NCBI GenBank assembly: GCA_028698185.1
Contig: JAQVDW010000033.1
Span: forward strand, 1-17,769
DNA: 17,769 bases
DNA from: Erysipelotrichaceae bacterium
Lineage (GTDB): Bacteria > Bacillota_I > Bacilli_A > Erysipelotrichales > Coprobacillaceae
Direction of reading: 5' to 3'
This document shows, one piece after another, positions 7,381-15,359 of the stretch (positions are counted from its first letter, which is position 1; the number at the start of each line of letters is the position of its first letter). The notes beneath the pieces were generated by a model. That model saw only the letters and a list, made by a program, of their open reading frames with translations, had not been told where the DNA came from and made no database searches. The translations under genes and the position numbers were made by a program.

Positions 7381-8844
7381 TTAAATTAACGTCACTTTGA
7401 GACGCTGTCCTCCTGTTTTTTTTACATCCTCATAAACGCTGATGCAATAACGGAATTTACGGTGTTTATGAGAATATTTCAATATATTGTAACTAAGATA
7501 ATGGCGTTTGTCTTCCTTGACGTAGCTTTGAGCCGACGATCCGGCTGAAACTACCGTCAGATTGCCATGGCGAATGCAGCTTGGCAGATGGCGGTGGCCA
7601 TGGAAAACATATTTGGCATCATATGATTTGAGCCAGTAAAGAAGCAAATCGGAATCGATCAGTGCTTTCGAGTTGTCAATGTAGCGGCCGATGAAAATGT
7701 TGTCAACCCATTTTTGTTTCAAAAACTCATCCCGACGGATTGGAAACAAGTGGTGGTGGAGCATCACGATCATGGTATAATCCCGCAAACCCTCTATTGC
7801 CTCTAGCTCCTCATCGATTTCCCGAAGCTGGATTTGCCCAACCGACCCTCTGGCGAAATTTCCTTCGACCATTGAATTGATCTTGACAATTATAATTTTT
7901 TCATTTTCAATAACACGAATGCTGTCACCAAGCAAATAGGCGACAATCTTTGTCTTCTGGGTCCTGAAAAGATTAAGTCCGTGAGTGATTATGTCATGGT
8001 TGCCCAACACAAAATCGACCTTGCCACCAAATCTTTTTTTCAATAGGTTCATGAAACTGGTGACCTGGTACATGTTGGTGACTGTCGGCGAATTCATCAG
8101 ATCCCCGGTAATCAGGAATTTTGTCTGATATGATGAATCTATTTTCTTGATTATCTGGTCGATTGACGAAAGCAACAACAGCTTGTGTTTTTCAGTAGCC
8201 TTGTTGTTCTTGAAATGAAGGTCGCTAAGGTGAAAGAAATATGAATCGGTATTTTCAAAACGGTAGTCGAAAACCGTATCATTGTCAATCATCTCAAACG
8301 CTTCTTCGATATGTTCCGGTTCCCTTATCTTGATAAAGCGGTACCGGTCGTCTTTGAAGACAAGTATTCCTGGCCATTTCTCTATATTCAATATCCCCTT
8401 GATTAGGGCGCTGTATGGCCTTTGGAAAAGCAGTTCGCTTTCAAAAAGAATCTTCCTGTTGGTGAAAGTCCTGATCTTGTCGCTTTGAAGCGACCGGACA
8501 TAATCCAGGTTGGAAAATATCTGGTTGACCTCATAATCCTCATCAAGACCAGAGAAAAAGACAACCTGGTACTTCCGGTTTTCGGAATATTTGAAAGCCT
8601 GGAGCTGATTAACCGCATTTTTGGAAAAGTGTCTTAAAGTGTCCTCTTCATTATTGTCGTTTAATATGTCCCGTTGAATGCCTTCGGTTATTTCATCAAC
8701 GATATCAAGATGGATGTCATTGAAGGTCAGCCATTCCTTGATGATAGTCCTTCTTGTTTCATCCATCAGGTAATCCAGGACAAAATAACGTGAATTGTTA
8801 AAGATAAGCTGATAATAGGCATTGATGACATCGTAATCATTCAT
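7381..8844 (-). CDS. Two-domain protein: uncharacterised N-terminal domain (about 1-200) plus a calcineurin-like metallophosphoesterase (about 202-470)
   Basis: 487 aa. All canonical MPE motifs occur in order: HLSDLHF (D208, H210), ITGDLMN (D248), LGNHD (281-284), LHHH (363-365) and HGHRH (415-419). I recognised no known motif in the N-terminal 200 aa. The start lies 12 nt after the asnS stop and has no SD. Confidence 0.8.
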   Translation of the reverse strand: MNDYDVINAYYQLIFNNSRYFVLDYLMDETRRTIIKEWLTFNDIHLDIVDEITEGIQRDILNDNNEEDTLRHFSKNAVNQLQAFKYSENRKYQVVFFSGLDEDYEVNQIFSNLDYVRSLQSDKIRTFTNRKILFESELLFQRPYSALIKGILNIEKWPGILVFKDDRYRFIKIREPEHIEEAFEMIDNDTVFDYRFENTDSYFFHLSDLHFKNNKATEKHKLLLLSSIDQIIKKIDSSYQTKFLITGDLMNSPTVTNMYQVTSFMNLLKKRFGGKVDFVLGNHDIITHGLNLFRTQKTKIVAYLLGDSIRVIENEKIIIVKINSMVEGNFARGSVGQIQLREIDEELEAIEGLRDYTMIVMLHHHLFPIRRDEFLKQKWVDNIFIGRYIDNSKALIDSDLLLYWLKSYDAKYVFHGHRHLPSCIRHGNLTVVSAGSSAQSYVKEDKRHYLSYNILKYSHKHRKFRYCISVYEDVKKTGGQRLKVTLI

Positions 8845-8856
8845 CGTTCTGGCCTG

Positions 8857-10251
8857 TTAGAACTTGAGATTACGAGGAGTTCTAGGGTATGCCACAACAT
8901 CGCGGATGTTAGACACGCCGGTCATGAACATCACCAGACGTTCAAAACCGATCCCGAAGCCGGCATGGTTGACCCCGCCAAAACGGCGCAGATCAAGGTA
9001 CCATTGCAGTGTTTCTTTATCAATGCCTTTTTCCTCCATCATTTGCTCAAGAACCTCATAGCGTTCTTCCCTTTGGGAACCTCCGACCAGCTCGCCGATT
9101 CCAGGAACAAGCAAGTCACATGCGGCAACCGTCTTGTTGTCGTCATTCAAGCGCATATAGAATGCCTTGATATCTTTTGGATAGTTGATGATGAAAATAG
9201 GCCCTTTGAACACCTGTTCGCATAAGTATTTTTCATGTTCGCTGGCCAAATCGATTCCCCATGAAACCGGGTTCTCGAATTTTACATTAGCCTCCTGGAG
9301 CAGGTCGATGGCATCGGTATAGTCAAGACGCTTGAATTCGCTGTTCAACACTGCTTTCAGGCGGGATACCAATGTCTTTTCCTTGTCGACAAAATCATTG
9401 AGGAATTCCATTTCCGCTGGGGCTTCCTCCAGAACATACTGGATGCAAAACTTGATACAGTCCTCGATGAGATCCATATCATCTTCAAGGTTCGCAAACG
9501 CGATTTCCGGCTCGATCATCCAGAATTCAGAAGCATGAGTCGATGTGTTTGAATTCTCAGCTCTGAAGGTTGGCCCAAATGTATACACATCGCGGAAGGC
9601 CATCGCAAATGACTCGACATGTAGCTGACCTGAAACTGTCAGTGAAGCGTGTTTCCCAAAGAAGTCTTTTTCATAGTTGTCATCACTTCGGGTAGTGACA
9701 GTGAATGTTTCCCCGGCTCCCTCAGCATCGTTACCTGTGATGATCGGAGTTTGGACATAGACAAAACCTTGCGATTGGAAAAACTCGTGGATAGCCATCG
9801 CCAGAACCGAACGGACTCTGAAGGTAGCCAGATATGTGTTGGCGCGTGGACGAAGATGAGGTATCTCGCGCAAATATTCCAAAGTATGGCGTTTCTTTTG
9901 CAAAGGGAAATCTTCGGCACATTTGCCTTCAATAACCAATTCCGTAACCTCAACTTCAAAAGGCTGTTTCCCTTCAGGGGTAAGTTTGAATTTACCAGTG
10001 ACCTTGATAGCCGAACCGGTAGTCAATTTTGCCGCATCTTCAAAATTATCAAGGGTTTCCTCCAAATAAATCAACTGGATGTTTTTAAAGTATGTTCCGT
10101 CATTCAAGGCGATAAAACCGATTTTTCCACTATTGCGGTTTGTTTTTACCCATCCCTCAAGCTCGATCATATCCAGACCTTCAAATTCTAATTCCTCGCC
10201 ATATAAAAACATTTCATATAGCTCTCTAACCGTTTTAAATTCAAACATCAT
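8857..10251 (-). CDS. asnS: Asparagine--tRNA ligase
   Basis: Class IIb aaRS with an N-terminal OB-fold anticodon-binding region ([22 protein letters not shown]). Motif 3 is [15 protein letters not shown] and the C-terminus is [11 protein letters not shown]. The track ORF begins at a TTG (10266), but AGGAG at 10260-10256 is followed by ATGATG at 10251/10248, so I place the start at 10251. Confidence 0.93.
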   Translation of the reverse strand: MMFEFKTVRELYEMFLYGEELEFEGLDMIELEGWVKTNRNSGKIGFIALNDGTYFKNIQLIYLEETLDNFEDAAKLTTGSAIKVTGKFKLTPEGKQPFEVEVTELVIEGKCAEDFPLQKKRHTLEYLREIPHLRPRANTYLATFRVRSVLAMAIHEFFQSQGFVYVQTPIITGNDAEGAGETFTVTTRSDDNYEKDFFGKHASLTVSGQLHVESFAMAFRDVYTFGPTFRAENSNTSTHASEFWMIEPEIAFANLEDDMDLIEDCIKFCIQYVLEEAPAEMEFLNDFVDKEKTLVSRLKAVLNSEFKRLDYTDAIDLLQEANVKFENPVSWGIDLASEHEKYLCEQVFKGPIFIINYPKDIKAFYMRLNDDNKTVAACDLLVPGIGELVGGSQREERYEVLEQMMEEKGIDKETLQWYLDLRRFGGVNHAGFGIGFERLVMFMTGVSNIRDVVAYPRTPRNLKF

Positions 10252-10287
10252 AACTCTCCTTTTCAAATGTATTTTTCCGCTGTTGGA

Positions 10288-10914
10288 TCAGCGTTTGCTG
10301 TGAATTTTTAATGCCAGCTCCTGGATTGCGGCAACAACATCGACAGGTTTGACCTCGATACCTTCGCGGACGGTGAAGTGGCTGTGGGTAAAATCGACAA
10401 TACCCTTGACTCCCAGGTCCATCAGCCGGTCAACAGTCTCTTGAATATTCTGGGAAATGGCTAAGATCGCAATCTCGCAATCTGGCGGAAAAGTATTCTC
10501 CAGATCATCGATATGGTGGACTTTTACCCCGAACAGCTCACCTTCTTTGTTGCGGTCCATATCATAGCAACCGACAATTTTGCCGACGGTATACTGCCAC
10601 CGGTTATATTTCAAGATCGCCGAACCAAGGTTCCCGACCCCGATAAGGATGATTGGCGATTCCAGGCCGACACCTAGTACCTCGGACAGACCATCAATAA
10701 GATGTTTGACACTGTAGCCCTTCCCCGGTTTGCCAAAATTCTCATCTTTTGAAAGATAAGTCAGATCGCGCCGGATTGTCGTGTCCTGGATTCCGGTCAC
10801 TTCATAAAGTTCGCTGGAAAGGACATTCTTTTTCCCTTCCAAGGCCATCTGGCGTAAAGCTTTGAGATACGTCGGAAACCTCGACATGGTCGCTTTTGAA
10901 ATTACTTTTTCCAT
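10288..10914 (-). CDS. rex: Redox-sensing transcriptional repressor Rex
   Basis: 208 aa. The N-terminal wHTH carries RFPTYLKALRQ, followed by the Rossmann fold ILIGVGNLGSAIL. SD AAGGAG lies 6 nt from the ATG. The gene overlaps the tsaD 3' end by 13 nt. Confidence 0.9.
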   Translation of the reverse strand: MEKVISKATMSRFPTYLKALRQMALEGKKNVLSSELYEVTGIQDTTIRRDLTYLSKDENFGKPGKGYSVKHLIDGLSEVLGVGLESPIILIGVGNLGSAILKYNRWQYTVGKIVGCYDMDRNKEGELFGVKVHHIDDLENTFPPDCEIAILAISQNIQETVDRLMDLGVKGIVDFTHSHFTVREGIEVKPVDVVAAIQELALKIHSKR

Positions 10915-11930
10915 TTCATGCTCCTTGATTCATTTTCTATATCTATATTTGGACTGATACCTAAACTCAAATCACTGAATTCATTATTATCATACATTAA
11001 CTTGGCAGCTAGCGCAATCATCATTGCATTATCTCCGGTCAACGACAGCGGCGGCAATCTCAAGGTTATTGAGTTTTTTGTGCATGCTTGTTCCATGGCT
11101 TCTCTCAAGCCGCGGTTGGCACTTACCCCTCCTGCTAGCATCAGGTGCTTAACCCCGTATTGTTCAAGGGCGTCCATTGTTTTGGATACCAGGGAATTGA
11201 TGACCACCGCCTGGAAAGAGGCTGCCAGATCATCCTTGTTGATTGGCATGTTCTTCTGGACATGCTTGTGGTTCAAGTTGATGACTGCGGACTTGAGACC
11301 CGAAAAGCTGAAATTCAAACTGCCATCGTCAAGCGGTTTGGGCAGTTCGTAGGTAATATTGCCCGCTGCCGCCATCCGGTCAATAACCGGTCCTCCCGGA
11401 TAAGGCAAATCAAGAACGCGACCAACCTTGTCATATGCTTCACCCACAGCGTCATCGAGCGTGGTGCCGATGATCTTGAATTCAAACTCGGATTCCATAA
11501 GAACCAATTCGCTGTGACCGCCGGAAACAACAAGACAGATGCATGGATAAATTATATCCTCATCGATGTTGTTGGAATAAATGTGGCCCACGATATGATG
11601 AACCCCGATCAATGGCAAATCGAATGTCAAGGCAAGCGCCTTGGCCGCCTGAAGTCCAACATGAAGGCTTCCCACGAGTCCAGGACCCTTGGTCACCGCA
11701 ATCGCATCGATATCAGTCATTGCCACGCCTGCCTTTTCAAGTGTTTCCTTCAAGACCACTGTCACTGATTCGACGTGCTTTCTGGAAGCGATTTCCGGAA
11801 CAACGCCACCATATTTTGCATGAACATCTATTTGTGAGGCCACAACACTGCTTAAAAAGTTGCGTTTGTCTTTCAAAACGGCCATTGCCATTTCGTCGCA
11901 ACTCGATTCAATCGCCAAAATCAAGCTCAT
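10902..11930 (-). CDS. tsaD: tRNA N6-adenosine threonylcarbamoyltransferase TsaD
   Basis: Kae1/Gcp family with N-terminal ILAIESSCDE and the metal-binding VHHIVGHI motif. The track start is a TTG at 11939. The ATG at 11930 (MSLILAIESS) fits the family N-terminus and sits 1 nt after the rimI stop. Confidence 0.92.
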   Translation of the reverse strand: MSLILAIESSCDEMAMAVLKDKRNFLSSVVASQIDVHAKYGGVVPEIASRKHVESVTVVLKETLEKAGVAMTDIDAIAVTKGPGLVGSLHVGLQAAKALALTFDLPLIGVHHIVGHIYSNNIDEDIIYPCICLVVSGGHSELVLMESEFEFKIIGTTLDDAVGEAYDKVGRVLDLPYPGGPVIDRMAAAGNITYELPKPLDDGSLNFSFSGLKSAVINLNHKHVQKNMPINKDDLAASFQAVVINSLVSKTMDALEQYGVKHLMLAGGVSANRGLREAMEQACTKNSITLRLPPLSLTGDNAMMIALAAKLMYDNNEFSDLSLGISPNIDIENESRSMKWKK

Positions 11931-11931
11931 C

Positions 11932-12366
11932 TCACTCAATTCCTTTCATCATTAGATAGGCATCATCGCCATTGGCATAATATTTCTTTCTTGTAGTCGC
12001 AATCTGGAATCCGAATTTCTGATACAGTTTGATTGCGTCCTTGTTCTTGGTGCGAACTTCAAGATTGATATTATCCAGGTCGTTGTCCTTCGCCTGTTCA
12101 ACCAGGAACGACAACAGTTTCGATGCGTTTTTTTGCCTTTGATATTTCTTCAATACTCCAATATAAGCGATCTCATAATTGTCCTGTTGGTCGTAATACT
12201 GGACAAAACCGACAATATTCTCGTTTTTTCCAATCAGATATAGCTCGCTGAATGGATTTATGTTTATCTCAAAATCCAACTGTTCGTCACTCAATCTTGG
12301 GAAAAGTTGATTATAAATCGTCAACACATCATCGAAATATTTGTTTTTGTACTTCAAAATCTTCAT
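11932..12366 (-). CDS. rimI: GNAT acetyltransferase, ribosomal-protein-alanine N-acetyltransferase RimI type
   Basis: 144 aa GNAT fold (YIGVLKKYQRQKNASKLL acetyl-CoA loop region) in the conserved position between tsaB and tsaD. Its start shares a TAATG overlap with the tsaB stop. Confidence 0.8.
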   Translation of the reverse strand: MKILKYKNKYFDDVLTIYNQLFPRLSDEQLDFEININPFSELYLIGKNENIVGFVQYYDQQDNYEIAYIGVLKKYQRQKNASKLLSFLVEQAKDNDLDNINLEVRTKNKDAIKLYQKFGFQIATTRKKYYANGDDAYLMMKGIE

Positions 12367-12956
12367 TAATTAAAAACTTCCTTTATATAATACGGCACGA
12401 GATTATCAGAATTTTCGACGTATTTTTCTCCTTTGGAATATTTATATATATTCTCTACCAAATCAACAGGCTTATCCTCTTGGCCAATCAGACCCAAATC
12501 ACCAAATATATCCAGTTCCGGATATCGGTTTTGATAATCGCCTATTTCACTTACATTAACCAGACAGTCACTGACAACTGTTTCACCTGATTTATACACC
12601 GCCAAATACGCTTTGTTAGAGCGGGCGTCGATAATGGCAATTCCGCTTGCGTCGTCCACCATGGCTTTCAAAGTGGATACGGTCTTGATCCTTATTCTTG
12701 TTGTTGCACAGATTGTCTTGGCAATCGTCAATGCCACCCGGACTCCGGTGTATGATCCCGGGCCGATGGTTATGACAAACTCATCAAAATCCAGGACTTC
12801 CATATGGTTGGACTTCAACAGTTCCTGGAGCTTTTCTAGAGCTTGTTCGCTCTGGCGCCGGTTTCCAAAATCCTGGAATTTCCCCAGACATATATCGTTT
12901 TCATACAATCCTACCGCGAGATATTTGTTCGCGGTATCCATTACTATGGTTTTCAT
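12366..12956 (-). CDS. tsaB: tRNA threonylcarbamoyladenosine biosynthesis protein TsaB
   Basis: 196 aa YeaZ-like ASKHA-fold protein (MDTANKYLAVGL..., ITIGPGSYTGVRVALT). It has an ATGA overlap with tsaE. Confidence 0.88.
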   Translation of the reverse strand: MKTIVMDTANKYLAVGLYENDICLGKFQDFGNRRQSEQALEKLQELLKSNHMEVLDFDEFVITIGPGSYTGVRVALTIAKTICATTRIRIKTVSTLKAMVDDASGIAIIDARSNKAYLAVYKSGETVVSDCLVNVSEIGDYQNRYPELDIFGDLGLIGQEDKPVDLVENIYKYSKGEKYVENSDNLVPYYIKEVFN

Positions 12957-13396
12957 ATCAGCACCTCAACCAGTTCGAGATACTTTTGGCCACGAGGATT
13001 GAAATTGAACCTGCGAGAGTTATCCCCAAGATACTCGATTGCAATATCAAGCCGCTGCTCCGGAAGAATTTCTTCGATGAAGCCCGACCATTCGATAATC
13101 GACACATCATCGCTGTAGATCAGATCCTCAAACCCAAGATCGATATCCTGTCCTTCGAGGCGGTAAGCATCAAAGTGATTGAGGTTCAACCGGCCTTGAT
13201 ACTGCTTCAAGATTGTGAATGTCGGAGAGGAAACAACTTTTTCAATACCTAGCCCCTTGGCAATTCCCTTTGTGAAGGTCGTTTTTCCGGCGCCAAGATC
13301 CCCATTCAAGGTCAGGACCATGCCGCGGGTCAGGTTTTCTCCCAGTTTTTTCCCCAATTCCATGGTTTGCTCAACCGAGTCACATATTATTTCCAT
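12953..13396 (-). CDS. tsaE: tRNA threonylcarbamoyladenosine biosynthesis ATPase TsaE
   Basis: P-loop GDLGAGKTTFTKG and PTFTI are present. I prefer the ATG at 13396 (MEIICDS...), which follows SD GAGAGGAA, over the longer track ORF starting at 13435. Confidence 0.88.
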   Translation of the reverse strand: MEIICDSVEQTMELGKKLGENLTRGMVLTLNGDLGAGKTTFTKGIAKGLGIEKVVSSPTFTILKQYQGRLNLNHFDAYRLEGQDIDLGFEDLIYSDDVSIIEWSGFIEEILPEQRLDIAIEYLGDNSRRFNFNPRGQKYLELVEVLI

Positions 13397-13932
13397 ACAT
13401 ATTCCTCTCTTAAATCCTGATATACATGATACCAATGTTTGGTGAATTCGGGATCGAAGGGACCTTTTTTGCCGACCGCCATTTCGATGAGCATTTCCAG
13501 CTGGCGATTCAAAATTTCATCGAGCCTTTCATCATAATTCATCAGCTCCTTATGTCGTTTGTATTCTTCCTCGTCAAGGACGCGATACCGACCATCCGGA
13601 AAAAGTTTCAAATCCAGGTCATAGTCGATATATTTGAGAGCTTCTCCATCGTATATTGTCGGCGAAGCGATGTTGCAGTAATAATGAACGCCATTCTTTC
13701 TGATCATGCAAATCACATTGAACCATTTATCTTTAGGGAAATAACAAATCGCCGGCTCACGAGTATACCACATCCGGCCGTCCGATTCGGTGACCAAGGT
13801 TTTATTATTGATAACGATAAAGTGATCGTCGGTTTCTTCCAAAACCAGTCCAGTTTGCCAACTGCGGTGGATGTTGCCATCATGTTTGTAACAGTGGATC
13901 AAAATTTTTTTGCCCGAAAGACTTTTTTCCAT
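13387..13932 (-). CDS. ntdP: DUF402/UPF0374 family protein (nucleoside tri-/diphosphate phosphatase Ntdp, YgaC-like)
   Basis: The overall pattern matches the YgaC/SA1684 family: KHDGNIHRSW, YFPKDKWFNV, YYCNIASP, IDYDLDLKLFPDG. I prefer the ATG at 13932 after SD GAGAGG. The track ORF starts at a TTG at 13953. Confidence 0.7.
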   Translation of the reverse strand: MEKSLSGKKILIHCYKHDGNIHRSWQTGLVLEETDDHFIVINNKTLVTESDGRMWYTREPAICYFPKDKWFNVICMIRKNGVHYYCNIASPTIYDGEALKYIDYDLDLKLFPDGRYRVLDEEEYKRHKELMNYDERLDEILNRQLEMLIEMAVGKKGPFDPEFTKHWYHVYQDLREEYVWK

Positions 13933-13953
13933 AAAATACCTCTCTTTAAACAA

Positions 13954-13964
13954 ATTATATTATA
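13954..13964 (-). promoter_or_regulatory. Candidate -10 region for the ntdP-tsa-rex-asnS transcription unit
   Basis: The minus strand has two overlapping TATAAT hexamers (13964-13959 and 13959-13954), 20-30 nt upstream of the ATG. No convincing -35 element was seen. Confidence 0.35.
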
Positions 13965-14054
13965 CACAAATTATGCCTGAAATAATAGTAAAAGCTAATA
14001 TAAATTGAGATATGGCCAATTCCGATCCTTTTAAGATGAACAATACATTTCATT

Positions 14055-14072
14055 TTGTGATTAAATTAACAG
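14055..14072. promoter_or_regulatory. Candidate Rex operator
   Basis: TTGTGAT-TAAA-TTAACAG compared with the published Rex consensus TTGTGAA-N4-TTCACAA, or the clostridial variant TTGTTAA-N4-TTAACAA. 12 of 14 specified positions match the hybrid. It lies in the divergent region between ackA and the operon that encodes rex. Confidence 0.3.
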
Positions 14073-14111
14073 ATTTTTTTAGGCAAATCGCATAGATTTT
14101 ATCATTATTAG

Positions 14112-14120
14112 TGTTATAAT
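14112..14120 (+). promoter_or_regulatory. Candidate extended -10 promoter of ackA
   Basis: TGtTATAAT lies 24 nt upstream of the ATG, with the SD AGGAGG in between. The -35 element is weak. Confidence 0.5.
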
Positions 14121-14143
14121 ACTAATGCTTAGGAGGATTTGTT

Positions 14144-15334
14144 ATGGCAAAAATTATTGCAGTAAATGCAGGAAGCTCTTCATTGAAGTTCCAATTATTC
14201 GAAATGGACAATGAAGAAGTAATTACAAGTGGAGTAATCGAAAGGATTGGTTTCGATGATGCGATTTTCACCATCAAATACCAAGACCAAAAAAATAAAG
14301 AGATTTTACCGATCAAAGATCATCAGGCGGCGGCAGACCTTCTGCTTGACACCTTGATCAAGAAACATATCGTATCAAGCCTCGATGAAATCAAAGGTGT
14401 CGGTCACCGCGTGGTTCAAGGCGGTTCTTATTTCGATAGCTCGAAGATCATGGATGATTATGTGGTAAGCAAGATTGACGAGTTGAAAGTCTTGGCCCCA
14501 CTGCACAACCCACACCATTTGACGGGATACTACGCATTCAAAAAAGCAATCCCTAATGCCGGCGCGGTTGCGGTGTTCGATACGGCATTCCACCAAACAT
14601 TAGAGAAACGTTGCTACATCTATCCGATTCCTTACAAATATTATGAAGAAAACATGGTTCGCAAATATGGAGCTCATGGTACAAGCCATTTCTATGTTTC
14701 TCATCGCGCCATCGAATTGATGGGTAATCCGGAACATTCGAAAGTTATCGTTGCCCACTTGGGAAATGGGGCCAGCTTGACTGCCGTTAAAGATGGCATC
14801 TCGGTCAACACATCAATGGGCTTCACTCCGCTGGCAGGAATAATGATGGGAACACGTTCTGGTGACGTCGATCCTTCAGTTATCGATTACCTGGTTGAAA
14901 ACATCGGTTTGACAATGCCGGAAGTCATCCACATGTTGAACAAGGAATCCGGATTATTGGGAATTTCTGGGGTTTCCTCTGACTTCAGGGATGTTCAGCA
15001 AGCGGCATTGCAAGGTCATGAAAGAGCAAAATTGGCCCTGGATATATTCTTTAGAAGGGTCATCGCCTATATCGGCCGGTATTTCATCGCCCTTGGTGGC
15101 ATCGATGCCATCTGCTTCACTGCTGGAATCGGTGAAAACTCCGCCTATGCCCGCAAAGAAATCTGTGATTTGCTGACTGAAGCCTTAGGCGTTGAAATCG
15201 ATCAGGAAGCAAACGAAAACGGACAAGGTGACCGGCTGATATCCACACCGAACTCAAAAGTGAAAATTTTCGTGATTTACACCAATGAGGAATTAGTTAT
15301 TGCTCGAGACACCAAAAAATTATTGAATCTATAA
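14144..15334 (+). CDS. ackA: Acetate kinase
   Basis: 396 aa with N-terminal IIAVNAGSSSLKF, plus VGHRVVQGG, AFHQT, HLGNGAS and TAGIGENS. SD AGGAGG lies 7 nt upstream. Confidence 0.95.
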   Translation: MAKIIAVNAGSSSLKFQLFEMDNEEVITSGVIERIGFDDAIFTIKYQDQKNKEILPIKDHQAAADLLLDTLIKKHIVSSLDEIKGVGHRVVQGGSYFDSSKIMDDYVVSKIDELKVLAPLHNPHHLTGYYAFKKAIPNAGAVAVFDTAFHQTLEKRCYIYPIPYKYYEENMVRKYGAHGTSHFYVSHRAIELMGNPEHSKVIVAHLGNGASLTAVKDGISVNTSMGFTPLAGIMMGTRSGDVDPSVIDYLVENIGLTMPEVIHMLNKESGLLGISGVSSDFRDVQQAALQGHERAKLALDIFFRRVIAYIGRYFIALGGIDAICFTAGIGENSAYARKEICDLLTEALGVEIDQEANENGQGDRLISTPNSKVKIFVIYTNEELVIARDTKKLLNL

Positions 15335-15359
15335 CATGTGCGAGTCACATGTTATTTTT
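15333..15359 (+). terminator. Weak terminator-like hairpin between ackA and the YoaK-family gene
   Basis: AACATGTG (15333-15340), loop CGAGT, CACATGTT (15346-15353), followed by ATTTTTA. The stem has only 3 GC pairs. It overlaps the ackA stop codon and ends at the next ATG. Confidence 0.35.

Noticed and set aside
8857-13953. Longer N-terminal extensions given by the ORF track for asnS (TTG at 10266), tsaD (TTG at 11939), tsaE (13435) and the DUF402 gene (TTG at 13953).
   Set aside because: In each case an in-frame ATG slightly downstream is preceded by a strong SD at 4-9 nt and matches the usual family N-terminus. For asnS, the SD lies inside the extended version.
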